Positions 15,945 to 24,388 of a stretch of 44,786 nucleotides of DNA are shown here, piece after piece; position 1 is the first letter of the stretch, and every line of letters begins with the position of its first letter. Both the position numbers and the translations under genes were made by a program. Under the pieces are notes generated by a model. That model ran no database searches. It was not told the origin of the DNA and worked only from the letters and a program-made list of their open reading frames with translations. Origin of the DNA: a virus; IMG/VR virus record IMGVR_UViG_3300025528_000002, positions 1-44,786 of that record; one strand, given 5' to 3'.

Positions 15945-16229
15945 ATGAGAGAACGAGATATAGAAATTTACTTAAGAGATCGGGTTAAAAAAGCAGGCGG
16001 GAAAGCTTATAAGTTCGAATCGCCAGGAAATGACGGCGTGCCTGATCGTTTAGTGATCTTTCCAGGAAATCGAGTTTACTTTGTTGAGTTGAAAGCACCA
16101 GGCAAAAAGCCAAGACCTTTGCAAGTGAAACAAATGAAAGTCATTGCTTCTTTCGGGTGTGATGTGCGAGTGATAGACAGCAAACAAGGTGTAGATGAAT
16201 TTATTGAAAAAGTGGTTGGTCATAAATGA
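15945..16229 (+). CDS. VRR-NUC domain nuclease
   Basis: 94 aa. GVPDRLVIF...VYFVELKAPG matches the PD...ExK core. Confidence 0.8.
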   Translation: MRERDIEIYLRDRVKKAGGKAYKFESPGNDGVPDRLVIFPGNRVYFVELKAPGKKPRPLQVKQMKVIASFGCDVRVIDSKQGVDEFIEKVVGHK

Positions 16230-17605
16230 AATTTGAGCCGCATGCTTACCAGAAATATTGCATCAATCGTTTAATCACTACACCGGCACTTGGGTTGTTC
16301 CTGGACATGGGACTTGGAAAAACTGTCATCACCTTAACTGCCATAAACGATTTGAAATATAACCGATTTGCGATAAACAAGGTTTTGGTCATTGCACCTA
16401 AGAAAGTTGCAGAAAGCACCTGGGTGAGAGAGGCAAAAAAGTGGGATCATTTGAAATTGTTGCGGTTTTCAACGGTGTTAGGGTCTCAAGCAAGAAGAAT
16501 CAGAGCATTAAACACACCTGCCGATATCTACGTGATCAATCGTGAAAATATTCCTTGGCTGGTCGATTATTATCGAAATGCTTGGCCGTTTGACATGGTG
16601 GTCATTGACGAGTTTAGCAGTTTTAAAAACCATCAGGCGAAACGATTTAAAGCGTTAAAGTGGGTTCGCCCGCATATCAAACGAATCGTCGGTTTGACCG
16701 GAACGCCGGCACCAAACGGACTTCTTGATCTTTGGGCACAGGTGTACTTATTGGACGGTGGCGAGAGACTCGGAAAGAAAATCACCGGTTTCCGGGAAAG
16801 ATACTTTGAGCCGGATCAACGAAATCGAGAACGAGTTTTCACATACGCGCCGAAAGTCGGTGCAGACCAAGTCATTCAAAATTTAATTGGAGATATATGC
16901 GTCAGCATGAAGGCAGAAGATTATTTGGAGCTGCCGGATATCATGTATAACACGATTCCAGTGGTATTAGATAGCAAAGCCCAAAAAGCATATAAAAAAC
17001 TGGAAACCGAAATGTTACTGCAAGTAGATGGTTCCACCATCGATGCGGGATCCGCAGCCGTTCTTACAAACAAATTGCTGCAACTTTGCAACGGTGCTGT
17101 CTACGATGAGGATCGGAACATCGTCAATATTCACGACTGTAAAATTGAGGCGTTTATGGAATTGATCGAAGGATTGAACGGAAAACCAGCCTTAGTTTTT
17201 TACAGCTTCCAACATGATAAAGATCGATTATTAAAAGCATTACAGAAAACAAAATTAAGAGTGCGAGAGTTGAAAACTCCACAGGATGAAACCGACTGGA
17301 ATAATCGACAGATTGATATTTTATTGGCCCACCCAGCCAGCACGGCATACGGTTTGAACTTGCAGCAAGGTGGAAATCACATCATTTGGTTTGGGTTGAC
17401 ATGGAGCCAGGAATTATACGCACAAGCAAACAAGCGTCTTCATCGTCAAGGTCAAACTGAAAAAGTCATTATTCACCATTTGACGGTCGAGGGTGGTGTC
17501 GATGAAGATGTGATGGCCGCCTTGCAAGAAAAAACTGATACACAAGAACGTCTTTTGCAGGCGTTGAAAGCAAGAATTGATCGGGTGCAGGAAGGGAGAG
17601 TATAA
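16226..17605 (+). CDS. SNF2-family DEAD/H helicase
   Basis: 459 aa. Motif I DMGLGKT, motif II VVIDEFSS, motif VI ANKRLHRQGQ. Confidence 0.9.
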   Translation: MKFEPHAYQKYCINRLITTPALGLFLDMGLGKTVITLTAINDLKYNRFAINKVLVIAPKKVAESTWVREAKKWDHLKLLRFSTVLGSQARRIRALNTPADIYVINRENIPWLVDYYRNAWPFDMVVIDEFSSFKNHQAKRFKALKWVRPHIKRIVGLTGTPAPNGLLDLWAQVYLLDGGERLGKKITGFRERYFEPDQRNRERVFTYAPKVGADQVIQNLIGDICVSMKAEDYLELPDIMYNTIPVVLDSKAQKAYKKLETEMLLQVDGSTIDAGSAAVLTNKLLQLCNGAVYDEDRNIVNIHDCKIEAFMELIEGLNGKPALVFYSFQHDKDRLLKALQKTKLRVRELKTPQDETDWNNRQIDILLAHPASTAYGLNLQQGGNHIIWFGLTWSQELYAQANKRLHRQGQTEKVIIHHLTVEGGVDEDVMAALQEKTDTQERLLQALKARIDRVQEGRV

Positions 17606-17607
17606 AC

Positions 17608-18033
17608 GTGTTGATCATGAAAAACTATGCGGATCTGGAACGCATGATTCATATATTGGAAACGCAGATCGAAATGTTAGAAGTGGATCTTGACTTTTGG
17701 TTTGGAAAAGGGGAATACGTACCTTTCGAAAGTAAGGGAGCAAAGTACGGAATCCATGTTGCTGCGGAAAATACGGATCGAATCTTAGAAAAGTTAAATC
17801 AGCTAACTAAGATGCTGGATTACTACAAAGAATTGAAGAAAGATATGGACGACTATATTAACTCACTGGAAGGGTTGGAATATAAGATTGCCTATAAACG
17901 ATACGTTGAAAATAAAACGTATCAAGAAATTGCCAAAGAACTTGGTTATTCATATGGTTATGTTCGGAACGTCATGTCGAAGGCTGGTAAAAATCATTTT
18001 CCTGATGAGCCAAAAGACATGACAATGATGTGA
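17608..18033 (+). CDS. Putative late-gene transcriptional activator (ArpU/RinA/sigma region-4-like)
   Basis: 141 aa. C-terminal YKRYVENKTYQEIAKELGYSYGYVRNVMSKA is a region-4-type HTH. It is the last gene before the packaging region. Confidence 0.5.
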   Translation: MLIMKNYADLERMIHILETQIEMLEVDLDFWFGKGEYVPFESKGAKYGIHVAAENTDRILEKLNQLTKMLDYYKELKKDMDDYINSLEGLEYKIAYKRYVENKTYQEIAKELGYSYGYVRNVMSKAGKNHFPDEPKDMTMM

Positions 18034-18116
18034 CACAATACTTGATTTTTCTGTAGTATGATTAAAATAGAAGTTTGAATATAGGTAAGCCGTTGACGAA
18101 TCCCCTCTTTGTTTAA

Positions 18117-18141
18117 GCGTCACCTTCGGGTGGCGTTTTTT
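18117..18141 (+). terminator. Intrinsic terminator after the early/middle operon
   Basis: GCGTCACC-ttcg-GGTGGCGT stem followed by TTTTTT. Confidence 0.75.
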
Positions 18142-18172
18142 GTTGCGATATTTTCATACAAAAGTTGCAGGA

Positions 18173-18225
18173 AAATAGTCTCCTTTTGTCGAAAGAATTG
18201 GTATTACAGAGAAAGGGGACTATTT
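18173..18225 (+). promoter_or_regulatory. 14-bp stem-loop that pairs with the RBS of the 18226 gene
   Basis: AAATAGTCTCCTTT (18173-18186) pairs with AAAGGGGACTATTT (18212-18225) with one G-U pair. The right arm contains the Shine-Dalgarno sequence and ends 1 nt before the ATG. No U-tract follows. Confidence 0.55.
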
Positions 18226-18612
18226 ATGAAATGGACACATAAAGATTGGATATGGCTGATGATATTGATTTTTTCATTTTCAATAAGTTTTTACATAACT
18301 AAACCAAGTTTTGAAGAGATTTTATCGTATATTACATCCTTTACATCGATTGTACTCTCTATATTAGCCATTTATATTTCTGTCAGGGAACTTACTAAAG
18401 CTGATACTGTTAAAGGTGAAATCCATACATTGGTAGGAGAATTAAACGAAAAAGTAAGGCAGATTGATCAGAAAATAAATAAGATTGATTTGGCTTATAC
18501 TCAGAATACCGTGGATAAATCTACATCGGCAGATTTGGGTAAATTTATAGCGCGAGAAATGAGAAAGCACATGGGTTCTAGGGAAGAGAGGAGAATGAAA
18601 AGTGGCGTTTGA
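18226..18612 (+). CDS. Moron gene A: membrane protein (two N-terminal TM helices) with a coiled-coil C-terminus
   Basis: 128 aa from the ATG at 18226 (MKWTHKDWIWLMILIFSFSISFYI...). The upstream part of the track ORF (18109-) crosses a terminator and is rejected. Confidence 0.55.
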   Translation: MKWTHKDWIWLMILIFSFSISFYITKPSFEEILSYITSFTSIVLSILAIYISVRELTKADTVKGEIHTLVGELNEKVRQIDQKINKIDLAYTQNTVDKSTSADLGKFIAREMRKHMGSREERRMKSGV

Positions 18613-19045
18613 TCCAAAAAGAGTATTAATTCAATCAATTATTTTAGGAAAAGACTTGGTCAATGGGATAAATAAAGAGAATTTAGATGAAGAAGGATAT
18701 GTTACTTATTTAACCTCAAATGGTTGGATAGTCGGTAAAACAATGGAAATAAACCCGTTTGATATATCTGATGAGGAAAATGTAGCCAACGAGATCATTC
18801 AAAGATTAGAGGAAGGAAAAACCATAGATGCGTTTACAATTGCACAATCTATGTATAATGGACTTATTGAAAATTATAAAGAAAAATCTGATGATAAAGT
18901 AAAAGAATCCCATAATGCCATTTATCTATCTGATGTAAAAATAAAAACTGTTAATGGCAGAACTATAAACGCAAACTCTTTTGTATTGTTTGCTGATCAA
19001 ATAATAGGTATACTTCCTGGAAAAGTAGACATTGAACCCCTTTAA
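18602..19045 (+). CDS. Moron gene B: hypothetical soluble protein (147 aa), coupled to gene A
   Basis: GTG start 8 nt after AGGAG and 11-nt overlap with gene A. No family recognised. Confidence 0.55.
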   Translation: MAFDPKRVLIQSIILGKDLVNGINKENLDEEGYVTYLTSNGWIVGKTMEINPFDISDEENVANEIIQRLEEGKTIDAFTIAQSMYNGLIENYKEKSDDKVKESHNAIYLSDVKIKTVNGRTINANSFVLFADQIIGILPGKVDIEPL

Positions 19046-19048
19046 TAT

Positions 19049-19076
19049 AAGCATCCTTCGGGGTGCTTTTCTTTTT
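19049..19076 (+). terminator. Intrinsic terminator
   Basis: AAGCATCC-ttcg-GGGTGCTT followed by a T-run. Confidence 0.75.
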
Positions 19077-19114
19077 GTGAAGAGGAAACGGAATACTGAA
19101 ATGGAGTTGATAAA

Positions 19115-19312
19115 ATGATTGCTACAATTGACGGAATTACTGTAATGGGTAGTCCAGAAGAAATACAGCGATTCAGAGAAATAACAGCTAAAAAGAAAAA
19201 AGGTAACGGATTTTTTAAAGTACCTGAAAGTGATGTTCCTGAACATGTGAAACGATATGGTTCTACTACATTTGTTTCAGATAAAGATTCAAAAATAAAC
19301 GCTTGGTATTAA
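19115..19312 (+). CDS. Hypothetical moron protein (65 aa)
   Basis: Has its own weak RBS (TGGAG) and its own terminator. Confidence 0.45.
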   Translation: MIATIDGITVMGSPEEIQRFREITAKKKKGNGFFKVPESDVPEHVKRYGSTTFVSDKDSKINAWY

Positions 19313-19333
19313 GCATTCTGCAGGGTGCTTTTT
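19311..19333 (+). terminator. Intrinsic terminator
   Basis: AAGCATTC-tgca-GGGTGCTT followed by TTT. Confidence 0.65.
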
Positions 19334-19403
19334 ATCCACAAAACACAAACGTTTGTTTGGGGGTCTCATTAATATTGTCAGTAAATTTTACTTATTATAA
19401 AGT

Positions 19404-19619
19404 TTCATTTTTGGTAACACCTTTTAAAACGCTGAATCCCTTGTGTATCAATGGTTCAAAGGCTATTGTTACTTATCTAAGTAACGCGAAAGTAACAGTA
19501 AAGTAACAGTGACTGGATATAAACAATAAAGATAAAGAAAGATAAGAAATATATATACTTGCAAATGTCTTTGCAAGGGAAAATCTTTAAGCATCTGTTC
19601 GAGTAACAGGTGCTTTTTA
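19404..19619 (+). ncRNA. Candidate non-coding transcript ending at the 19589-19619 terminator (5' end unknown)
   Basis: No RBS-preceded ORF between two terminators. Contains palindrome GTTACTTA-tc-TAAGTAAC (19468-19485), tandem AAAGTAACAGT x2 (19489-19510) and hairpin CTTGCAAA-tgtc-TTTGCAAG (19558-19577). Possible promoter TTGTCA (19375-19380)-N17-TAAAGT. Confidence 0.25.
19589..19619 (+). terminator. Intrinsic terminator with no upstream ORF
   Basis: 11-bp stem AAGCATCTGTT / AACAGGTGCTT, 5-nt loop, then TTTTT. Confidence 0.7.
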
Positions 19620-19642
19620 TTTTGCAATCGGAAGGTGATCTT

Positions 19643-19828
19643 ATGAAAATATTTGATCTGTTATCCAAAGAACAATTAATGAAGCTTAAGCAAATAAATG
19701 CGCCTAGGAAAAAGAAGCGACGAGAAAAACCTCCAAAGGAAAAGTTAAGCCGTAAAGATTGGGAAGAGATCATGGGAACGAATCGGGATATTTATAAAAG
19801 AGTGCGTGGGGCAATTAGGAGGAAGTGA
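19643..19828 (+). CDS. Small highly basic protein (61 aa)
   Basis: ATG after GGAAGGTGA. MKIFDLLSKEQLMKLKQINAPRKKKRREKPPKEK... Confidence 0.45.
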   Translation: MKIFDLLSKEQLMKLKQINAPRKKKRREKPPKEKLSRKDWEEIMGTNRDIYKRVRGAIRRK

Positions 19829-19924
19829 TTCATGCGTCTTTATTTGGATCCTGTGGAACGAAAAGGAATAATACCTCGTATATAGAATAAATAATTAGTA
19901 CATTTATTCTAGGAGGATATTATC

Positions 19925-20167
19925 ATGAGTAAATACTGGGAGCCGTGTCCAAGGTGTGGATCCAATAAAGTACAAACCAATAGTAAACTTGTAATCTTTT
20001 TCGGTCTAGGTACTGGTATTGGTTGTCTGTCATTGTTATTTTTTCCGTTAGTGTTTCTAATATTTCCATTGTTACTAGTCATTCCTTTTCTACCAAAAAC
20101 AAACACATGCCAGGAATGTAAACATTCTTGGAAAGTAGATAAGAAAAACAAGGAAGCCTCTGCATAA
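19925..20167 (+). CDS. Membrane protein with a split zinc ribbon (CPRC ... 2 TM ... CQEC)
   Basis: 80 aa. RBS AGGAGGA. A 10-bp hairpin (19883-19911) abuts the RBS. Confidence 0.55.
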   Translation: MSKYWEPCPRCGSNKVQTNSKLVIFFGLGTGIGCLSLLFFPLVFLIFPLLLVIPFLPKTNTCQECKHSWKVDKKNKEASA

Positions 20168-20180
20168 GCAGGGGTTTTTT
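20157..20180 (+). terminator. Intrinsic terminator
   Basis: CCTCTGC-ataa-GCAGGGG followed by TTTTTT. Confidence 0.75.
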
Positions 20181-20197
20181 ATTTGGAGGCGATATAC

Positions 20198-20428
20198 ATG
20201 GCAAGATTCCCAGAAGGAAGACAACGTTTAGCATTTGGCTGCTACTACACGATGGAGCCTGGCAAGAAGTTTTCGGATATAAACGTGAAGTGGAATATCA
20301 AATGGTATGGCTTGCCTGTTTTGATGTGGAAGGTAGCACATCTAGATCACATCATTAAGTGGTATCAGTATCCTTGGCTAGTGTACTTGATTGGCAAACA
20401 TACGATTAGGAATTGGTTAGGAAAATGA
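20198..20428 (+). CDS. Hypothetical Trp-rich protein (76 aa)
   Basis: ATG 8 nt after GGAGG. The upstream TTG of the track ORF lies in the terminator. Confidence 0.45.
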   Translation: MARFPEGRQRLAFGCYYTMEPGKKFSDINVKWNIKWYGLPVLMWKVAHLDHIIKWYQYPWLVYLIGKHTIRNWLGK

Positions 20429-20745
20429 ACAGCCATCAATACTACGACAAATACAAACGTGATCAGGATGCAAGATTCTTCTACAAAAGCAAGGCATGGG
20501 AGAAGTGCCGGCAATATGTTTTGATCCGGGACAATCATCTATGCCAGTACTGTTTGAAGATGGGAAAGCTGACACCTGCCGATATGGTCCATCATATTGA
20601 GGAGCTCAAGGACAATCCGGAAAGGGCATTGGATCCTGATAACTTGGTTAGTCTTTGTAATTCTTGCCATAACAAAGAGCATCCGGAGAAGGGAAAGAAA
20701 AAAGAAAAGCCAATCAGTAAAAAGATTAAAGTGGTAAAGGGTTGA
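20413..20745 (+). CDS. HNH endonuclease, terminase-associated
   Basis: CQYC...HHIEELKDNP...NLVSLCNSCHNKEH. Sits just upstream of terS/terL. The start may be the ATG at 20425. Confidence 0.85.
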   Translation: MVRKMNSHQYYDKYKRDQDARFFYKSKAWEKCRQYVLIRDNHLCQYCLKMGKLTPADMVHHIEELKDNPERALDPDNLVSLCNSCHNKEHPEKGKKKEKPISKKIKVVKG

Positions 20746-20749
20746 TGAG

Positions 20750-21043
20750 ATGAATGTCCATTGTGATAAATGCCAAGAAGAGTTTGAGATCTCTATGCAG
20801 AAAACAAAGATCGAAGCAGACGTAGAGCGAAATTATTTTTCTTGTCCGCATTGTTCAGCAGAATATACCTCGTTTTACACAAACAAAAGTATCCGAAACA
20901 AGCAAGTTAAAATTAGAAATCTATGGTCAAGGATTCGTAAGATGAAAAATGTGAAAAAGATAGATAACATTCAAGGACAAATCGATGAGTTGAAAAAACA
21001 ATTAGCTGCGGAATTGCATGAATTGAAAACAAAATACGAATAG
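20750..21043 (+). CDS. Zinc-ribbon protein (97 aa)
   Basis: CDKC ... CPHC pair followed by a basic coiled-coil tail. Confidence 0.5.
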   Translation: MNVHCDKCQEEFEISMQKTKIEADVERNYFSCPHCSAEYTSFYTNKSIRNKQVKIRNLWSRIRKMKNVKKIDNIQGQIDELKKQLAAELHELKTKYE

Positions 21044-21141
21044 CCCCCCTCCCCAAAATTTTGAATCCTTTTCAGCTGGGGACCGGCGGCGGCCCTTCGT
21101 TTTCCACGCGGATCAATTTTTCATGAAAGGGGGGTAAGGAT
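21044..21141. other. Candidate cos/packaging-recognition region
   Basis: 98-bp non-coding gap between HNH/zinc-ribbon and terS. It is bracketed by CCCCCCT (21044-21050) and AGGGGGG (21128-21134) and has a GC-rich core GGGGACCGGCGGCGGCCC. Confidence 0.4.
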
Positions 21142-21456
21142 GTGTCCGTACCAACTGCACAAAAAATTCGTGACTATTTGGGGGAAGATTACCAGGAGTC
21201 AGATGAAGAATTGATAAAGCTTTATGTGGAAACGCACCAGTTTTACAGAAGGCTAAAAAATGAAATTAAGAAAACGGATTTGATGTATGAATATACGAAT
21301 AAAGCAGGGGCGACTAATCTGGTCAAAAACCCCCTTTCCATCGAACTTACAAAGACGGTACAGACCTTAAATAACTTGCTAAAATCTTTAGGTTTGACAC
21401 CTGCTCAGCGTAAGAAGGTTGTGAACGAAGATGACGACGACTTCAAAGATTTCTAG
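21142..21456 (+). CDS. terS: Terminase small subunit (P27-family-like)
   Basis: 104 aa. GTG start after AAAGGGGGG. The C-terminal LGLTPAQRKK motif is typical of P27-type TerS. Immediately precedes terL. Confidence 0.75.
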   Translation: MSVPTAQKIRDYLGEDYQESDEELIKLYVETHQFYRRLKNEIKKTDLMYEYTNKAGATNLVKNPLSIELTKTVQTLNNLLKSLGLTPAQRKKVVNEDDDDFKDF

Positions 21457-23161
21457 CGGTATCATTAATGTTCTCAACAAACCATCTCCAAAACTTCTCG
21501 CTACATGGTACGCTGAACAGGTAGTTAAAGGAAATATTATTGCTAGTAAAAACGTAAAATTGGCGTGTCAACGTCATTTAAACGATCTAAAAAGAGCCGG
21601 AACGGACGATTTTCCTTATGTTTTTGATGAAGATTTGGGGCATAGGCCGATCCGTTTCATAGAAAAGTTTTGTAAGCCATCTAAAGGGAATTTCAAACAG
21701 CTTATTCTTCAACCATGGCAGCATTTTGTCATTGGCAGCCTTTTTGGTTGGGTTCATAAAGAGACAAAACTCAGGCGCTTTAAAGAGGGCCTTATTTTTG
21801 TTGGTCGAAAAAACGGGAAAACAACCCTTATTTCCGGTTTATCTCTCTATGGAGTCAGTAAAGACGGTGAAAATGGGGCGGATATTCCTTTGCTTGCGAA
21901 TTCCATGAAACAAGCAAGGCTTCTGTTCGATGAGGCGAAAGCGATGGTCAAAGCTTCGCCAAAGCTAAGGAAATATTTCAGACCTTTACGAGATGCCATT
22001 CATTACGACGAGACATTTTCGAAAATCGAGCCACAAGCTTCCGATTCGGAAAAACTGGATGGGTTAAACACTCACATCGGTGTTTTTGATGAAATCCATG
22101 AATACAAGGACTACAAACTGATTAATGTTATCAAAAACTCTCGAGGAGCTCGTGAACAGCCGTTACTCATTTACATCACAACAGCTGGTTATCAACTAGA
22201 TGGTCCGTTGGTGGATTATTACGAATTGGGAACGGATGTTTTAAGCGGTGCCGTGACAGACGAAAGAACCTTTTATTTTCTGGCTGAATTAGATGATCCG
22301 AGTGAATTCGATCGGCCGGAGATGTGGGTGAAGGCAAATCCTAATCTTGGTGTTTCAATAAAGCTGGAAGATATGGTTGAAGAATGGGAAAAGGCAAAAA
22401 GGATTCCAGCGGAACGAAACGACTTCATCACTAAACGTTTTAATGTTTTTGTTCAGTCGGACGAACAATCTTTTATGGATTTTGAAACAATAAAACGAAA
22501 TGATAAGGTCCTAGATTTGAAGGGATTGGAAGGAAAAACTTGTATGGCGGGATTCGATTTATCCCAGACAGAGGATTTTACAAGTGCATGTCTTGAATTT
22601 CCGTTGGATACGGGAGAAGTTTTTGTATTGTCTCATTCTTGGATTCCGGAGAAAAAAGTAATGAATGACAATGAAAAAATACCATATCGTGAGTGGGAAA
22701 AAGAAGGACTGCTAACAATTTGTAAGGGCGAATATGTTGACTATCAATTGATTTATGATTGGTTCGTTGAACAATCCAACAAATACAATATCGAATTGGT
22801 CACATATGACCCTGCTAATGCTTATCGCCTTGTGGAAGATTTAAAGTCTTATGGGTTCAATACTTTAGCTGTAAGACAAGGATATATTACATTAAGCCCT
22901 GCTTTAAAAGACGTAAAAGAGTTGTTTTTAGACGGAAAAGTGATCTTTAATCAAAATAAATTGTTCAAATGGTACCTAAATAACGTCAAATTGGTTGAAG
23001 ATCGTAACGGAAACTGGCTACCAACAAAACAAGGTCGTTACCGTAAAATTGACGGGTTTGCGGCCTTTTTAAATGCACATACAGAAGTGATGAAGAAAAT
23101 GGTTAAGCCTGCGGGAAATGGTAGTGTGGATGTTATATCGGTGAAGGACTTGTTGAAGTAG
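21431..23161 (+). CDS. terL: Terminase large subunit
   Basis: 576 aa. Walker A VGRKNGKTT, Walker B GVFDEIHE, C-terminal nuclease-sized domain. Confidence 0.92.
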   Translation: MTTTSKISSGIINVLNKPSPKLLATWYAEQVVKGNIIASKNVKLACQRHLNDLKRAGTDDFPYVFDEDLGHRPIRFIEKFCKPSKGNFKQLILQPWQHFVIGSLFGWVHKETKLRRFKEGLIFVGRKNGKTTLISGLSLYGVSKDGENGADIPLLANSMKQARLLFDEAKAMVKASPKLRKYFRPLRDAIHYDETFSKIEPQASDSEKLDGLNTHIGVFDEIHEYKDYKLINVIKNSRGAREQPLLIYITTAGYQLDGPLVDYYELGTDVLSGAVTDERTFYFLAELDDPSEFDRPEMWVKANPNLGVSIKLEDMVEEWEKAKRIPAERNDFITKRFNVFVQSDEQSFMDFETIKRNDKVLDLKGLEGKTCMAGFDLSQTEDFTSACLEFPLDTGEVFVLSHSWIPEKKVMNDNEKIPYREWEKEGLLTICKGEYVDYQLIYDWFVEQSNKYNIELVTYDPANAYRLVEDLKSYGFNTLAVRQGYITLSPALKDVKELFLDGKVIFNQNKLFKWYLNNVKLVEDRNGNWLPTKQGRYRKIDGFAAFLNAHTEVMKKMVKPAGNGSVDVISVKDLLK

Positions 23162-23173
23162 GGAGGTGAGAAC

Positions 23174-24388
23174 TTGAGATGGTGGGATAGATTAAAAAAC
23201 AGCGTAAAAATGGCTGTAGCCGGATGGAAAGGACAAGGTTTTGACTTTACCAACTGGTTTGGTCGAACTTTTTGGGGCACAGATAATTCACAGCTTGCAA
23301 CAAACGAAACCATTTTTAGCGTGGTTTCTCGGCTGTCCAATAGCTTGGCTTCACTCCCATTGAAGCTATATCAAAATTTTGATTTGGTCACAAATGCGGC
23401 TTCTGATGTGCTTATTAACTCACCGAATCCTAATATGACGTCTTTTGATTTGATCAGAAACTTAGAGACCGCACGGAATGAAACGGGAAATTCCTATGCG
23501 ATCATTGAGCGAGACATTCGCGGTCAAGTATCCAGGATCACTCCCCTGATACCGACATACGTTGAACCTGTATTGGAAAGGGAAAGTCAAGAGCTTTGGT
23601 ATCAGGTTATCGGAGAAAACGGGACATATTACTTTCACAACATGGATGTTTTGCATTTTAAGCATATTGTCGGCTCCGGTGGGCTGAAAGGGATCAATCC
23701 AATAAAGGTCCTGACGAATACGAATGATTTTGACAAAGCTGTCCGCGAGTTTAGCTTGAAAGAGATGCAAGGTGCTCCCAACTCTTTTATTTTGAAATAC
23801 TCTGCGAACGTTGATACTGACAAACGGGAACGAATCATTAACGATTTTAAGCGTTTTTACCAGGATAATGGCGGGATTTTGTTCCAAGAACCGGGCGTAG
23901 AAATCGATCCGATTGAAAGAAAGTTTATCGCAGCGGATATTTTTACGTCAGAGCGGATCACTCGTTCCCGGGTGGCGAATGTCTTTAATATCCCAGTAAC
24001 CATGCTAAATGATACCGAGGGTCAAAGTTATTCCAGCAATGAACAATTGATGAGAATGTTTGTGCAGCTCACCTTAATGCCGATTGTGCGTCAATATGAG
24101 CAAGAATTTAATAGAAAACTCCTCACAACAGCCGAAAGAAGGGCTGGTTTTTACTTTAAATTCAACGTAAATGCTTTGTTACGAGGCGATACAGCTGCAC
24201 AATCTGATTATTACACGAAAGCAATTCGCACTGGTTGGATGAAGCCAAATGAGGTACGGCAACTGGAAGATTTACCACCAGAACCGGAAGGAAACAAATT
24301 GTGGATTAGCGGTGATTTATATCCTATGGATATGGATCCTGCCCAACGAAAGGGGGTGAGCACGGGTGAAAACTCGACAAAAAACTAA
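23174..24388 (+). CDS. Portal protein (HK97-family-like)
   Basis: 404 aa. Position after terL. FKFNVNALLRGD-type motif. Confidence 0.88.
   Translation: MRWWDRLKNSVKMAVAGWKGQGFDFTNWFGRTFWGTDNSQLATNETIFSVVSRLSNSLASLPLKLYQNFDLVTNAASDVLINSPNPNMTSFDLIRNLETARNETGNSYAIIERDIRGQVSRITPLIPTYVEPVLERESQELWYQVIGENGTYYFHNMDVLHFKHIVGSGGLKGINPIKVLTNTNDFDKAVREFSLKEMQGAPNSFILKYSANVDTDKRERIINDFKRFYQDNGGILFQEPGVEIDPIERKFIAADIFTSERITRSRVANVFNIPVTMLNDTEGQSYSSNEQLMRMFVQLTLMPIVRQYEQEFNRKLLTTAERRAGFYFKFNVNALLRGDTAAQSDYYTKAIRTGWMKPNEVRQLEDLPPEPEGNKLWISGDLYPMDMDPAQRKGVSTGENSTKN

Noticed and set aside
18109-18225. N-terminal extension of the 18109-18612 track ORF
   Set aside because: The extension starts at a TTG and reads through an intrinsic terminator (18117-18141) and the leader hairpin. 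The ATG at 18226 has the RBS.
19303-19506. 67-aa plus-strand ORF in the non-coding island
   Set aside because: It starts at a TTG inside the previous gene, runs through a terminator hairpin, has no RBS and has low-complexity composition.
23462-23887. 141-aa minus-strand ORF inside the portal gene
   Set aside because: It is contained within a confidently assigned structural gene, with no RBS or promoter.
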